Below, in pieces: positions 23,464-32,857 of a DNA stretch of 47,502 nucleotides. Under the pieces are notes generated by a model that was not told where the DNA came from, ran no database searches, and saw only the letters and a list, made by a program, of their open reading frames with translations. Numbering within the stretch: position 1 is the stretch's first letter; each line of letters opens with the position of its first letter. The DNA is from Candidatus Omnitrophota bacterium (GTDB taxonomy: Bacteria; Omnitrophota; Omnitrophia; Omnitrophales; Aquincolibacteriaceae). The position numbers were made by a program, and so were the translations under genes. The stretch spans positions 1 through 47,502 of the forward strand of contig CAIJDY010000097.1 of assembly GCA_903819565.1 (NCBI GenBank), given 5' to 3'.

Positions 23464-25200
23464 ATGGGAAAGACTGTATTCATCAAAGATACGACGATCG
23501 GCGGAAAAGACAAGACGCGGGACATTTACGGGATCTTGCTGGGCATTTTGAGGGAAAGAGGCTTGGAGAACGAGGTTCAGGTGGTCCGCGTCGTGGACAT
23601 TGGGGTGTACGGCCAAGGGGTGGCGATGCGGGTGCTGCCCGAAAATTTTCTTTATTCGCATGTCGAGGAAACAGATATTGCGGGGATCGTGGAGCAAAGT
23701 CTTCTCGCTGGCAAACCGCTGGCGGCCAAGCTCGTTGCGGAAGATTCCAAGCAATTGCGTATCGTGTTACGTAACTGCGGGGTGATCGATCCGGAAAAGA
23801 TTGAGGAATATATCGCGCGGGACGGTTATCAGGCGCTCGCGAAGGTCTTGGGCGACGCGCCGGAAAAGGTCATTCAGGAAATGAAAGCCAGCGGGCTGCG
23901 CGGCCGCGGCGGCGCTGGATTTCCCACCGGATTGAAGTGGGAGTTCACCCGCAAGAGTCCGGGGGACCAGAAGTACATCATTTGCAACGGCGATGAAGGC
24001 GACCCGGGAGCTTACATGGACCGCAGCGTTCTGGAGGGGGACCCTCACTCGGTGATCGAAGGGATGATCATCGGGGGTTACGCGATCGGCGCCTCCAAGG
24101 GCTATTTCTACATCCGGGCGGAATACCCGCTCGCGATCGAAAGGATTGAAAAGGCCATCAAGCAGTGCCATGAGAGCGGTCTGTTGGGAAAGAATATCCT
24201 CGGTTCTTCGTTCAATTTCGACGTGGAGATCCGTTTGGGGGCCGGCGCGTTTGTCTGCGGCGAAGAAACGGCATTGATCGCTTCGATCGAAGGCAAGCGC
24301 GGTTATCCGAGCCCGCGCCCTCCGTTCCCGTCGGTCAAGGGACTGTGGGGAAAACCGACCTGCATCAATAACGTGGAGACGCTGGCGAACATCCCGGTGA
24401 TCCTGTTCAAGGGAGGCGCTTGGTTCGCGGGGATCGGGACCGCGTCCTCCAAAGGCACGAAAGTTTTTGCGGTGACCGGTAAGGTCAAGAATTCCGGGCT
24501 GGTGGAAGTCCCGATGGGAACGACGATCGAGGACATTGTTTACGGGATCGGCGGCGGCGCGATGCCCGGGAAGTCGGTCAAGGCGATCCAGACCGGCGGG
24601 CCGTCGGGCGGGGTGATCCCGAAGGAATATTTCAGGACCAAGGTGGATTACGAGAGCCTTCAGCAGATGGGCTCCATCATGGGGTCCGGCGGCATGATCG
24701 TGATGGACGAGGATGATTGCATGGCGGACATCGCGAAATTTTATCTCGGGTTTTGCGTGGACGAATCCTGCGGGAAATGTGCTCCCTGCCGTATCGGGGG
24801 AACGCAGATGTTGCGACTTCTCAAAAAGGTGACGGAGGGGGAAGGGACGCCCAAGGATCTCGACCAGCTCGAGCAGATCTCTCACGCCATGCAAAAAGCC
24901 TCGCTTTGCGGCCTTGGGCAGACGGCGGCTAATCCCGTACTTTCGACGCTGCATTATTACCGCGCCGAATATGACGCGCACGTGAACAATAAAAAATGCC
25001 CGGCCTGCAAGTGCGCCAAACTGGTCCGGTTCCTGATCCTGAGCGAAAAATGCGTGAAGTGCGGCATGTGTTTCAAGGCGTGCCCGGTCAACGCGATTTC
25101 CGGGAACCGCGAGAGCGGCTATCTGATCGATCAAACGAAATGTATCCGCTGCGGTCAATGTTTCGAGGTCTGTAAACCTCGCGCCATTAATCGCAGTTAA
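23464..25200 (+). CDS. nuoF: NuoF-like subunit of hydrogenase 2 (HndC/HydB type) with C-terminal 2x[4Fe-4S] ferredoxin domain
   Basis: GLRGRGGAGFPTGLKW, CNGDEGDPGAY, ESCGKCAPCRIG, then CVKCGMCFKACP and CIRCGQCFEVC. The first ~95 aa have the thioredoxin-like layout but no cysteines. Confidence 0.9.
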   Translation: MGKTVFIKDTTIGGKDKTRDIYGILLGILRERGLENEVQVVRVVDIGVYGQGVAMRVLPENFLYSHVEETDIAGIVEQSLLAGKPLAAKLVAEDSKQLRIVLRNCGVIDPEKIEEYIARDGYQALAKVLGDAPEKVIQEMKASGLRGRGGAGFPTGLKWEFTRKSPGDQKYIICNGDEGDPGAYMDRSVLEGDPHSVIEGMIIGGYAIGASKGYFYIRAEYPLAIERIEKAIKQCHESGLLGKNILGSSFNFDVEIRLGAGAFVCGEETALIASIEGKRGYPSPRPPFPSVKGLWGKPTCINNVETLANIPVILFKGGAWFAGIGTASSKGTKVFAVTGKVKNSGLVEVPMGTTIEDIVYGIGGGAMPGKSVKAIQTGGPSGGVIPKEYFRTKVDYESLQQMGSIMGSGGMIVMDEDDCMADIAKFYLGFCVDESCGKCAPCRIGGTQMLRLLKKVTEGEGTPKDLDQLEQISHAMQKASLCGLGQTAANPVLSTLHYYRAEYDAHVNNKKCPACKCAKLVRFLILSEKCVKCGMCFKACPVNAISGNRESGYLIDQTKCIRCGQCFEVCKPRAINRS

Positions 25201-25243
25201 TCCAAGACGGGTTCTTATAATTCATTAGAGAGGGAGAAGTCTC

Positions 25244-26995
25244 ATGGTTAAGGCAGTGATCAACGGTTTAAAGGTCGAAGTCCTGGAAGGGACCACGATC
25301 CTCGACGCGGCGAAAAAAGTCCAGACGAAGATTCCGACCCTTTGCAAACATCCCGACGCCTACCTGCACGCTTCCGCGGCCTGCGGGATCTGCATCGTGA
25401 GGGTCAAAGGCACGAAGAAGATGCTGCGGGCCTGCTGCACGCCCTTGGAAGAAGGCATGGATATCGTGACCCACGATCCCGAGATCGTTTCGATCCGTAG
25501 GACGGTGCTCGAGCTGATCCTTTCCAATCATCCCAATGAATGCCTGACCTGCGGCCGCAGCAACAATTGCGAACTCCAGTCCGCGGTGGCGGATTTCGGG
25601 ATCCGGGAGGAATATTTCGAAAAGATCGTCAAGGATATTCCCAAGGACGATTCGACGGGGAATATCGTGCTGGAGCCGCGCAAGTGTATTAATTGCGGCC
25701 GCTGCGTCGACGTCTGCCAGAACGTTCAGGACGTTTGGGCCCTGACTTTTTTACACCGCGGGATCAACACGCGGATGGCGCCGGCGGGGGACATCAGCCT
25801 CGCGGAGTCACCGTGCGTGCGCTGCGGCCAGTGCTCCGCACACTGCCCGACGGGCGCTATCGTCGAAAAAGACGATACCCGACTCGCATGGAAAGCCCTT
25901 CGCGACCCCGAACAATATTGCGTGGTCCAGATCGCCCCGGCGGTCCGCGTTGCCCTCGGCGAGGCTTTTGGTTTCCCGATCGGGACGAACGTCACGAAAA
26001 AGATGTACGCGGCATTGCGGCGCATGGGTTTTAAAGGGGTCTTTGACACGAACTTTGCCGCGGACGTGACGATCATGGAAGAGGCGAGCGAATTCATCGA
26101 GCGGTTCGTCCATAAGAAGAACGTGCTGCCGCTCATCACAACCTGCTGCCCGTCCTGGGTGGATTTTATGGAGAAGTTCCACGGGGACATGATCCCGCAC
26201 TTCTCCTCCGCGAAATCCCCGCACGAGATGATGGGCGTGCTGATCAAGACCTATTACGCGGAAAAAAACAAACTGGATCCGGCGAAGATTAAGGTCATTT
26301 CCATCATGCCGTGCACGGCCAAAAAATTCGAGATCTCGCGGAGCCGCGAGATGTCCGCGTCGGGCTTTCAGGACGTGGACGTGGTGCTGACGACCCGGGA
26401 ACTGGCGCGCATGATCAAGCAGTCGTGCATCGATTTTCCGAGCCTGCCGGACGAGGATTGCGACCATATCCTGGGAGAGTACAGCGGCGCGGGAACGATC
26501 TTCGGGGCCACCGGCGGGGTGATGGAAGCTGCGCTCCGTACGGCCTATTCTTTTGTGACCGGAGAGAAGCTTCCCAAGGTCGAGTTCGGGAACGTCCGCG
26601 GACTGAAGGGGGTCAAAGAAACCTCGGTGGAGATCGAAGGCAAACAAGTGAGGATCGCGGTGGCGCACGGCTTGGCGAACGTGGAGTACGTGCTGAACCT
26701 GGTGCGGATAGCGCAAAAAGCAGGGATGCCGCCGCCGTTCCATTTTATCGAAGTGATGGCGTGTCCGGGCGGTTGCGTGGGCGGCGGCGGACAGCCTTAT
26801 GGCGTTACCAATGAATTGCGCATCGCGAGGGCTAAGGGCCTTTATTCGGATGATGAAGCTCAGACTATTCGATGTTCGCATGAGAATCCTTACGTGCTGC
26901 AACTTTACAAAGAGTTCCTCGACAAGCCTCTCAGCGAGAAGGCGGAAAAGTTGCTTCACACGCATTATCAGAAGATGCCGGTTTACCGGCGGTAG
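25244..26995 (+). CDS. hydA: [FeFe]-hydrogenase catalytic subunit 2 (HndD/HydA type), canonical H-cluster motifs
   Basis: L1 TTCCPSW, L2 IMPCTAKKFE and L3 EVMACPGGCVGGGGQP, plus N-terminal [2Fe-2S] and two [4Fe-4S] motifs (CINCGRCVDVC, CVRCGQCSAHCP). Confidence 0.92.
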   Translation: MVKAVINGLKVEVLEGTTILDAAKKVQTKIPTLCKHPDAYLHASAACGICIVRVKGTKKMLRACCTPLEEGMDIVTHDPEIVSIRRTVLELILSNHPNECLTCGRSNNCELQSAVADFGIREEYFEKIVKDIPKDDSTGNIVLEPRKCINCGRCVDVCQNVQDVWALTFLHRGINTRMAPAGDISLAESPCVRCGQCSAHCPTGAIVEKDDTRLAWKALRDPEQYCVVQIAPAVRVALGEAFGFPIGTNVTKKMYAALRRMGFKGVFDTNFAADVTIMEEASEFIERFVHKKNVLPLITTCCPSWVDFMEKFHGDMIPHFSSAKSPHEMMGVLIKTYYAEKNKLDPAKIKVISIMPCTAKKFEISRSREMSASGFQDVDVVLTTRELARMIKQSCIDFPSLPDEDCDHILGEYSGAGTIFGATGGVMEAALRTAYSFVTGEKLPKVEFGNVRGLKGVKETSVEIEGKQVRIAVAHGLANVEYVLNLVRIAQKAGMPPPFHFIEVMACPGGCVGGGGQPYGVTNELRIARAKGLYSDDEAQTIRCSHENPYVLQLYKEFLDKPLSEKAEKLLHTHYQKMPVYRR

Positions 26996-27075
26996 CATTT
27001 AGAAGTCAGGCTTCCTGAGGCAAAGGCCGCGAAAGCGGTTCGGAGACTAAGGGAAAAAAGAAAAAACTTCTTTTG

Positions 27076-27117
27076 AACCCCGTAATTGTCTCAGGAGAGA
27101 TGGTTGCGGGGTTTTTT
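27076..27117 (+). terminator. rho-independent terminator after hydrogenase operon 2
   Basis: AACCCCGTAA, an 18-nt loop, then TTGCGGGGTT followed by a T-run (gggg-tttttt). Confidence 0.6.
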
Positions 27118-27158
27118 GTTTATAGACAAAAGTAAAATCGGAAATAAAGGGAAAACTT

Positions 27159-27407
27159 ATGGAAAAAAGAGTGGGATTCGTGGGAATCATTATCGAAGAC
27201 CGGAAGAAAGCGGCGCATGTGGTCAATGAACTGCTTTCGGAGTTCGGGGACATCATTGTCGCGCGCGTCGGGCTGCCTTACCGGGAAAGGCACTGCTCCG
27301 TGATCACGTTGATCGTGGACGCGACGACCGATGAACTGGGGGCGCTTACCGGAAAATTGGGAGCCCTTGACGGCATTTCGGTGAAGTCCGCGCTCACCAA
27401 AAAGTGA
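27159..27407 (+). CDS. TM1266-family iron-only hydrogenase system regulator (ACT-like)
   Basis: 82 aa. VGFVGIIIEDRKKAAHVVNELLSEFGDIIVARVGLPYRERHCSVITLIVDATTDELGALTGKLGALDGISVKS matches the small ACT-like protein found next to hydEFG. Confidence 0.75.
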   Translation: MEKRVGFVGIIIEDRKKAAHVVNELLSEFGDIIVARVGLPYRERHCSVITLIVDATTDELGALTGKLGALDGISVKSALTKK

Positions 27408-27518
27408 CAGGGGAGTTTTCCCCGCCCCACTCACCCAGCGATGAGCCCTGTTGCAGGGAGCGACATCGTGGGGTTTCCTTAAGAGAATCTGTAATCCGCT
27501 TTTGAAAGGAAAAGAACG

Positions 27519-28907
27519 ATGGAATACCACACAGAAAAAGACGGGCTCGGAGAAAAACAGGTCCCGAACGAAGTTTATTGGGGGATCCATACCCAGCGGG
27601 CGCTCGAGAATTTCCGCTTGAGCTCGCTGAAAGTCCCTTTCGATTTGATCCTTGGGATCGTTCAGGTTAAAAAAGCCGCGTGCCTCGCGAACGCCGCGCT
27701 CGGTTATTTGCCATCCGGAAAAGCGGAGAAGATCCTGGCGGCCTGCGAGGAAGTTCTGGACGGGAAATTCCCGGATGCCTGGCCGCTTGACGCCCTCCAG
27801 GGCGGGGCCGGCACTTCCACGAACATGAACGTCAATGAAGTGATCGCGAACCGCGCGAACGAACTTCTGGGTGGGACCCGGGGACAAAAGACACCGGTCC
27901 ATCCCATCGAAGACGTGAACATGCATCAATCGACCAACGACGTTTATCCCACAGCGCTCAGGATCGCGGCGATCCGCGGCCTGCAGGCGTTAAGCCAGGC
28001 GGCGGCGCGGCTCCAGGGCGCGTTTCAATCCAAGGAAAAGGAATTCGCGCACGTCGTGAAGATAGGCCGTACGGAGATGCAGGCGGCCGTTCCGATGACG
28101 CTGGGGGCCGAGTTCGCCGCGTTCGCCGAAGCGGCGGGCCGCGACCGCTGGCGTACTTTCAAAAGCGAAGAACGGCTCCGGATGGTGAATCTGGGCGGCA
28201 CCGCGATCGGGACCGGACTCGGCGCGCCGCAAAGCTACATTTTCCTTGTGATCGAAAAACTGCGGGAGGTCACGGGGCTTGGCCTCGGACGCGGCGAAAA
28301 CACGGTCGACCTCACGGCCAATCTCGACCCGTTCGTGGAAGTGTCGGGCATTCTCAAGGCGCAGGCCGTGAACCTGATCAAGATCGCCGGGGACCTCCGG
28401 CTGCTCGCGCTTCTGGGGGAGATCCGGCTTCCCGCGGTCCAGGCGGGCTCTTCCATTATGCCGGGGAAGGTCAATCCGGTCATTCCCGAAGCGGTGATCC
28501 AGGCGGGGATCCGGGTCCTTGCCAACGATCTGATCGTGACGGAAACGGCGGCCCGAGGTAGTTTGCAGATCAATGAATTCTTGCCGCTGCTGGCGTATGC
28601 CTTTTTGGAATCGCTCGAGCTTTTGACCCGCGCGAGCGATATGTTGGCGGAGCATAGCGCCGGCATTCGGGCGGATGCGGCGAAGTGCCGGGAACATTTG
28701 GACGGTTCCGAAACACTCGTGACCGCTTTTCTGCCCGAACTCGGGTATGACCGGTGCGGGGAGCTCTTAAAGGAATACCGGGCGACCGGAGGGAACAACC
28801 TGAGGAAATTCCTTGAGGAAAAGCTCGGCGAATCGCTTGTTTTAAAAATTCTTTCCCCTCAAAATCTGACCTCCCTGGGATACAAGGACCGTGGAAAAAA
28901 CGCCTAA
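27519..28907 (+). CDS. aspA: aspartate ammonia-lyase family protein (fumarate lyase superfamily)
   Basis: GTSTNMNVNEV, MHQSTNDVYPTA and the signature GSSIMPGKVNPVIPEA. 462 aa. Confidence 0.85.
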   Translation: MEYHTEKDGLGEKQVPNEVYWGIHTQRALENFRLSSLKVPFDLILGIVQVKKAACLANAALGYLPSGKAEKILAACEEVLDGKFPDAWPLDALQGGAGTSTNMNVNEVIANRANELLGGTRGQKTPVHPIEDVNMHQSTNDVYPTALRIAAIRGLQALSQAAARLQGAFQSKEKEFAHVVKIGRTEMQAAVPMTLGAEFAAFAEAAGRDRWRTFKSEERLRMVNLGGTAIGTGLGAPQSYIFLVIEKLREVTGLGLGRGENTVDLTANLDPFVEVSGILKAQAVNLIKIAGDLRLLALLGEIRLPAVQAGSSIMPGKVNPVIPEAVIQAGIRVLANDLIVTETAARGSLQINEFLPLLAYAFLESLELLTRASDMLAEHSAGIRADAAKCREHLDGSETLVTAFLPELGYDRCGELLKEYRATGGNNLRKFLEEKLGESLVLKILSPQNLTSLGYKDRGKNA

Positions 28908-30156
28908 ATCGCTCAGACTTCAGATAGGGATCTTCGGCCGGACCAACGTGGGGAAATCCAGTTTCCTCAACATGATCGCGGGTCAGGACGTGGCCATCAC
29001 CTCGCCCGAACCGGGAACCACGACCGATGTCGTGGAGAAGACCATGGAGCTTTTGCCGGTTGGACCGGTGGTGTTCCTGGACACCGGAGGTCTGGACGAC
29101 AGTTCGGTGCTTGCCGCGAAGCGGATCCAGCGGACGCAAAAGGCCTTTGATCGCGCGGACGTGATCGTGCTGGTCATGGAGCCCGGTCAGTGGACCCCGT
29201 TCGAGGAAACGGTCTGTGAAGAGGCGAAGAAGCGCAAGACACCGCTTCTTGGGATCATCAATAAGACCGACCTTCATGTTCCGGGAGCGGAGTTTTTATC
29301 CAGGGTCAAAGGTTATACGGAGCGGATCGTGCTTTGTTCCAGCATCGATCCTTCAAAAAGGGACGCATGCGTGGACGCGCTGAAGACGCACCTTCTGGCG
29401 GTCTGTCCCGATGATTTCCTGAAGCCGCCGGCGTTGATCGGGGACCTTTTACCGGCGGGCGGGATGGCGGTCCTGATCGTTCCGATCGATCTTGAGGCGC
29501 CGAAAGGACGGCTGATCCTGCCGCAGGTGCAGACGATCCGCGATGTTCTGGATAATGACGCGGCGGTCACTGTGGTGAAAGAACGCGAATATGCGCATTT
29601 GCTGACGAAGCTCAAGGATCCTCCGGACATTGTGGTCTGCGATTCCCAGGTCGTACTGAAGATGGTCGCGGACACGCCGGTAGGAATCAAGTGCACCACA
29701 TTTTCGATCCTGTTTTCGCGACTCAAGGGTGATCTCCCGGAAATGGCGCGTGGAGTGACGGCCATCGACGGACTCAAAGCGGGAGAGAAGGTCCTGATCG
29801 CCGAAGCCTGCAGTCATCACGCGGTGGAGGACGATATCGGACGCGTTAAGATCCCTCGCTGGCTCCGGCAATACGTGGGAGTGGACCTTGATATTACGAC
29901 TTGCGCCGGCCGGGATTATCCGGACGACCTCGAAAAATACAAACTGATCATTCATTGCGGTTCCTGCATGCTCACCCGGAGGGAGACCCTTTTCCGGATC
30001 CAGCAGGCGAAACAAAAAGGCGTGCCAATCACCAATTACGGGGTCGCGATCTCTTTCGTTCAGGGCGTGCTGGAGCGGACACTGGCTCCTTTTCCCGCCG
30101 CGCTGGATGCTTATCAAAGACAATTACTTATTGTAAGAAAAGGAAAGAAGACATGA
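28891..30156 (+). CDS. hydF: [FeFe]-hydrogenase H-cluster maturation GTPase HydF
   Basis: P-loop GRTNVGKSSFLN, DTGG and NKTD GTPase motifs. C-terminal EACSHH...IHCGSCM cluster-binding motif. The GTG start overlaps the aspA end by 17 nt. Confidence 0.88.
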   Translation: MEKTPKSLRLQIGIFGRTNVGKSSFLNMIAGQDVAITSPEPGTTTDVVEKTMELLPVGPVVFLDTGGLDDSSVLAAKRIQRTQKAFDRADVIVLVMEPGQWTPFEETVCEEAKKRKTPLLGIINKTDLHVPGAEFLSRVKGYTERIVLCSSIDPSKRDACVDALKTHLLAVCPDDFLKPPALIGDLLPAGGMAVLIVPIDLEAPKGRLILPQVQTIRDVLDNDAAVTVVKEREYAHLLTKLKDPPDIVVCDSQVVLKMVADTPVGIKCTTFSILFSRLKGDLPEMARGVTAIDGLKAGEKVLIAEACSHHAVEDDIGRVKIPRWLRQYVGVDLDITTCAGRDYPDDLEKYKLIIHCGSCMLTRRETLFRIQQAKQKGVPITNYGVAISFVQGVLERTLAPFPAALDAYQRQLLIVRKGKKT

Positions 30157-31637
30157 CCACCACCGTGGATTGGATCGCTCAAAGGATCAAAAAGGACCAG
30201 ATCGAACGTTACCTGGATCACGGCCGGGATTTTATTCCGGATGACGCCATCTGGCAAAAGATCAACGACGCGCGCGAGCCGGCGCCGGAGGCCGTGCGGG
30301 AGATCCTGTCGCGGTCGCTAGCCGTTCAGACGCTGACGCCGGACGATCTCGCGATGCTGATCCGGGTCCAGGACCCCGGCATGCTTCGCGAAATGCAGGA
30401 GGCCGCGCTCGCGGTCAAAAAAAAGGTCTACGACAACCGGATCGTGACGTTCGCGCCGCTTTATATGGGCAATTATTGCGTGAATAATTGCGCCTATTGC
30501 GGGTTCCGTCACGACAACGCGGAAGCCAAGAGGCGTGTTCTCAGCATGGACGAAGTCCGCAAGGAGACCGAGAACCTCGCCGGAAAGATCGGGCACAAGC
30601 GCATCATCGCGGTCTACGGCGAGCATCCCATGACCGGGATCGATTATATCCTTGAGAGCATGAAGACGATCTATGACGTTCGGGTTCCGACGAAGCACGG
30701 GTACGGGAATATCCGCCGCATCAACGTGAACGCGGCCCCTATGTCGGTCGAAGAGCTGACGCAGCTCAGGGACGGCGGTCTCGGGACCTACCAGGTGTTC
30801 CAGGAGACGTACCATCATGAAACTTACGCGAAGCTCCACCCGCACGGAACGCTCAAGTCCGATTACCGGTGGCGGCTTTACGCCATGCATCGTGCCATGG
30901 AAGCGGGAGTCGATGACGTGGGGATCGGCGTGCTCTTCGGTCTTTATGACTGGCGCTTTGAGGTGATGGCCCTGCTTTATCACGCAATCGCCCTGGAGTC
31001 CCGGATGGGGATCGGCCCGCACACCGTGTCGTTCCCGCGGCTCGAGCCGGCCCTGAACGCGGCGTACGCGACGCAGTCGCCTTACCGGGTGACGGACGAG
31101 GATTTCAAAAAGATCATCCTGCTCGTCCGACTGGCCATTCCGTATACCGGCATGATCATTACCGCGCGCGAAACGGCGCAAGTGCGGCGCGATGCCCTTT
31201 TGCTCGGCATCACGCAGACCGACGCCTCGACGAAGATCGGCATCGGCGGTTACAGTGAGGCGCGGCAGGACCAGCAGGCGGAACGCCAGCAATTCATGCT
31301 CGGCGATACACGGAGCCTGGATGAACTGGTGCGCGATTTCGCGGACCTGGGACATATCACGTCTTTTTGCACCGCGGGATACCGCTGTGGCCGCACGGGC
31401 AAATGCATCATGGAGCTTCTCCGGAGCGGAAAAGAAGGGAAGTTCTGCAAGCTGAACGCCGTGCTGACGTTCCAGGAATGGCTGGATGATTTCGCGACGC
31501 CCGGAACGCGCGAAGCGGGTCTCAAGGTCATGGAAAAAGAGCTCGAAGAGATCAAAAAAAACAATCCTCAGGGATTTCCCGCCTTTTATCAATTCCTCGA
31601 ACGCGTGCGCAAAGGGGAGAGGGACCTTTTTCTTTAA
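30153..31637 (+). CDS. hydG: [FeFe]-hydrogenase maturase HydG (radical SAM tyrosine lyase)
   Basis: Start at MTTTVDW, overlapping the hydF stop (ATGA). CVNNCAYCGF radical SAM motif. The C-terminal FCTAGYRCGRTGKC...FCKLN cysteines are typical of HydG. Confidence 0.9.
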   Translation: MTTTVDWIAQRIKKDQIERYLDHGRDFIPDDAIWQKINDAREPAPEAVREILSRSLAVQTLTPDDLAMLIRVQDPGMLREMQEAALAVKKKVYDNRIVTFAPLYMGNYCVNNCAYCGFRHDNAEAKRRVLSMDEVRKETENLAGKIGHKRIIAVYGEHPMTGIDYILESMKTIYDVRVPTKHGYGNIRRINVNAAPMSVEELTQLRDGGLGTYQVFQETYHHETYAKLHPHGTLKSDYRWRLYAMHRAMEAGVDDVGIGVLFGLYDWRFEVMALLYHAIALESRMGIGPHTVSFPRLEPALNAAYATQSPYRVTDEDFKKIILLVRLAIPYTGMIITARETAQVRRDALLLGITQTDASTKIGIGGYSEARQDQQAERQQFMLGDTRSLDELVRDFADLGHITSFCTAGYRCGRTGKCIMELLRSGKEGKFCKLNAVLTFQEWLDDFATPGTREAGLKVMEKELEEIKKNNPQGFPAFYQFLERVRKGERDLFL

Positions 31638-31642
31638 TAATT

Positions 31643-32731
31643 ATGGAGCACGAAATAACGCGCAAGGACATGTTGAAGTGGCTGGACGAGAAAGACCCCG
31701 AAAAGCTTTCCGGGCTTTACCGGGAAGCGTATGCCTGCAAGCTGCGGTATGCGGGGCCGAAGGTTTATTTCCGTGGGCTCATCGAGATCAGCAATGTTTG
31801 CGCGAAGAATTGTTATTATTGCGGGATCCGTCGGGACAACCGGGACCTTTCGCGGTTCTCGATGACCGAAGAAGAGATCCTGGAGGCCACAAAAACCGTT
31901 TATGACCTCGGGTACGGCTCGATCGTCCTGCAGTCCGGAGAGTGCCAGGACGACGCCTACACGGCGTTCATCGAACAAACGATCCGTAAGATCAAGAGCC
32001 GCACTTCTCAAAAAATCGGGATTACGTTGTCGCTCGGAGAACAGACCGCGGAAACCTACGAGCGATGGTTCCGCGCCGGCGCACACCGCTATCTTTTGAG
32101 GATCGAGACGAGCGACCCGAGTCTTTACGAAAAACTTCATCCCGGGGACCATTCCTTTGAGGTCCGGCGGGATTGTCTCCGGGCGCTACGCCGGACCGGG
32201 TATCAGGTGGGGACGGGCGTCATGATCGGCCTGCCCTTTCAAACCCATGAGAACCTCGTGTCGGACCTTCTTTTTTTTCAGGAAGAAGACGTGGACATGA
32301 TCGGGATGGGACCGTACCTCCCGCATGCCGGAACGCCGCTGAGCTGGCCGGACGGGAATTACGATCCTGCTGATCATTTCCGGCTGGGCCTCGTGATGAT
32401 CTCTCTGGCGCGGCTATTGCTTCGGGACGTGAACATTGCGGCCGCGACGGCGCTCCAGACCTTGGACGCGACCGGGCGGGAAAAAGGGATCGCGGCAGGG
32501 GCCAATATCATCATGCCGAACAGCACGCCGACGGCCTACCGGAAGCTCTACCAGCTTTACGACAACAAGCCCTGCCGGGAGGAGAATGCCCGGCAGTGCC
32601 GGAGCTGTCTGGAGAAACGGATCTGCGGCGCCGGGGACGAGGTCGGTTACGGGGAGTGGGGGGATTCCCCGCATTTTCTGAAACGGCACGGGGATCTCCG
32701 TGGCGCTTTTCCGAAAAACCGTCAACCGTAG
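31643..32731 (+). CDS. hydE: [FeFe]-hydrogenase maturase HydE (radical SAM)
   Basis: SNVCAKNCYYCGIRRDN radical SAM motif. BioB-like length and layout; immediately follows hydG. Confidence 0.88.
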   Translation: MEHEITRKDMLKWLDEKDPEKLSGLYREAYACKLRYAGPKVYFRGLIEISNVCAKNCYYCGIRRDNRDLSRFSMTEEEILEATKTVYDLGYGSIVLQSGECQDDAYTAFIEQTIRKIKSRTSQKIGITLSLGEQTAETYERWFRAGAHRYLLRIETSDPSLYEKLHPGDHSFEVRRDCLRALRRTGYQVGTGVMIGLPFQTHENLVSDLLFFQEEDVDMIGMGPYLPHAGTPLSWPDGNYDPADHFRLGLVMISLARLLLRDVNIAAATALQTLDATGREKGIAAGANIIMPNSTPTAYRKLYQLYDNKPCREENARQCRSCLEKRICGAGDEVGYGEWGDSPHFLKRHGDLRGAFPKNRQP

Positions 32732-32760
32732 CGGGGAGCTCCTTTTTCCGTATTCTGCCC

Positions 32761-32788
32761 TTGATATCTTCACAAAATGTGATAAAAC
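32761..32788 (+). promoter_or_regulatory. candidate promoter with a palindrome in the spacer
   Basis: TTGATA, a 16-nt spacer, then TAAAAC. The spacer contains TCACAaaaTGTGA. Confidence 0.3.
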
Positions 32789-32857
32789 ATAACGTCGTTT
32801 CGGGCGGCTGGCCCGTCGACGGCGCAATGTACCTTTGCCAACCCCATGGGGTAATTT

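Noticed and set aside
23767-26998. 463-aa and 396-aa minus-strand ORFs
   Set aside because: They are antisense to hydB2 and hydA2, with the same Arg/Pro-rich shadow composition. The + strand genes are unambiguous.
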